Below, in pieces: positions 20,897 through 21,458 of a stretch of DNA of 21,458 bases (its first letter is position 1; each line of letters begins with the position of its first letter). The stretch spans positions 62,001 to 83,458 of the forward strand of contig JBFLGF010000082.1 in assembly GCA_050230475.1 (NCBI GenBank), read 5' to 3'. Made by a program: the position numbers and the translations under genes. This DNA is from Ancylonema sp. Lineage: Eukaryota. The notes below the pieces were generated by a model. The model was given only the letters and a program-made list of their open reading frames with translations, was not told the DNA's origin and searched no databases.

Positions 20897-21458
20897 AGTG
20901 AGATAAAGACACCAACGACTATGGAGGAGGCTCTTAACAGTCCACAAAGAGCTCAGTGGAAAGCTGCAATGGCCGTTGAAATGACAAGTCTACAAGAGAA
21001 CCAGGTCTATCGACTTGTGCCAAGACCGAGGGGGAAGAAATTTGTCAAGTCAAAGTGGGTGTTCAGAATAAAATTAAATGCTGATGGTTCTGTAGAGAAA
21101 TACAAAGCAAGAATTGTGGCTGAGGGATTGAGTCAAGTAGAGGGAGAGGACTACGATCAAATCTTTTCTCCAACTGTTCGTTTTGAGAGCATTCGACAAC
21201 TTGTTGCCATGGGAGCTTCCATAGGTCTACACATGCACCAGATGGATGTTACAATAGCTTTTCTCTATGCGCCTCTCGACGAGGAGGTGTACATGGAAGC
21301 TCCTGATGGCACGTGTGGGACTGGTGAAGCAGATTTGGTGTGGCTGCTACTCGGGTGCGTGTATGGCCTCAAGCAAGCGCCGAGAGGATGGAATCAGCAC
21401 ATCGACGACGTGTTGAAAGGCATGCACTTTCATCGACTGGCTTCAGATTTTGGCCTTT
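20897..21458 (+). pseudogene. pol: copia reverse transcriptase (partial, open to the window end)
   Basis: Manual translation gives PTTMEEAL...WKAAM..EM..L..NQVY.LVPRP...KWVFRIK...YKARIVA.G.SQ..G.DY...FSP...HQMDVTIAFL...EEVYM..P.G...YGLKQAPRGW. Confidence 0.95.

Larger units (their letters stand above)
17566..21458 (+). mobile_element. Ty1/copia LTR retrotransposon, degenerate, cut by the window edge
   Basis: 5' LTR and PBS, then gag-protease-integrase-RT in copia order, with frameshifts and stops. Confidence 0.95.

Overview
Eukaryotic genomic DNA, most likely from the plant lineage (streptophyte; inferred from the gene family, GT-AG introns and an iMet-primed copia element). There is one intact host gene on the + strand: three exons (8725-8907, 9265-9400, 9711-13555; ~1387 aa) encoding a FYVE zinc finger plus eight DM14-like helical repeats, resembling Arabidopsis FYVE4/At1g61690 (ESCRT-III-associated). 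The rest is transposable-element debris: several non-autonomous hAT elements with 8-bp TSDs, TA-flanked pogo/Tc1-mariner-type MITEs, a solo LTR, and a degenerate Ty1/copia element running off the right edge. Highlights: (1) intron 2 of the gene looks like a TA-inserted MITE; removing it restores the reading frame, and its end appears exonized. (2) Three different hAT elements are stacked end to end just upstream of the gene, separated only by 8-bp target-site units; two may have moved as one composite. (3) The copia gag frame appears to start inside the LTR and read through the PBS. All calls are by eye; no database searches were run.
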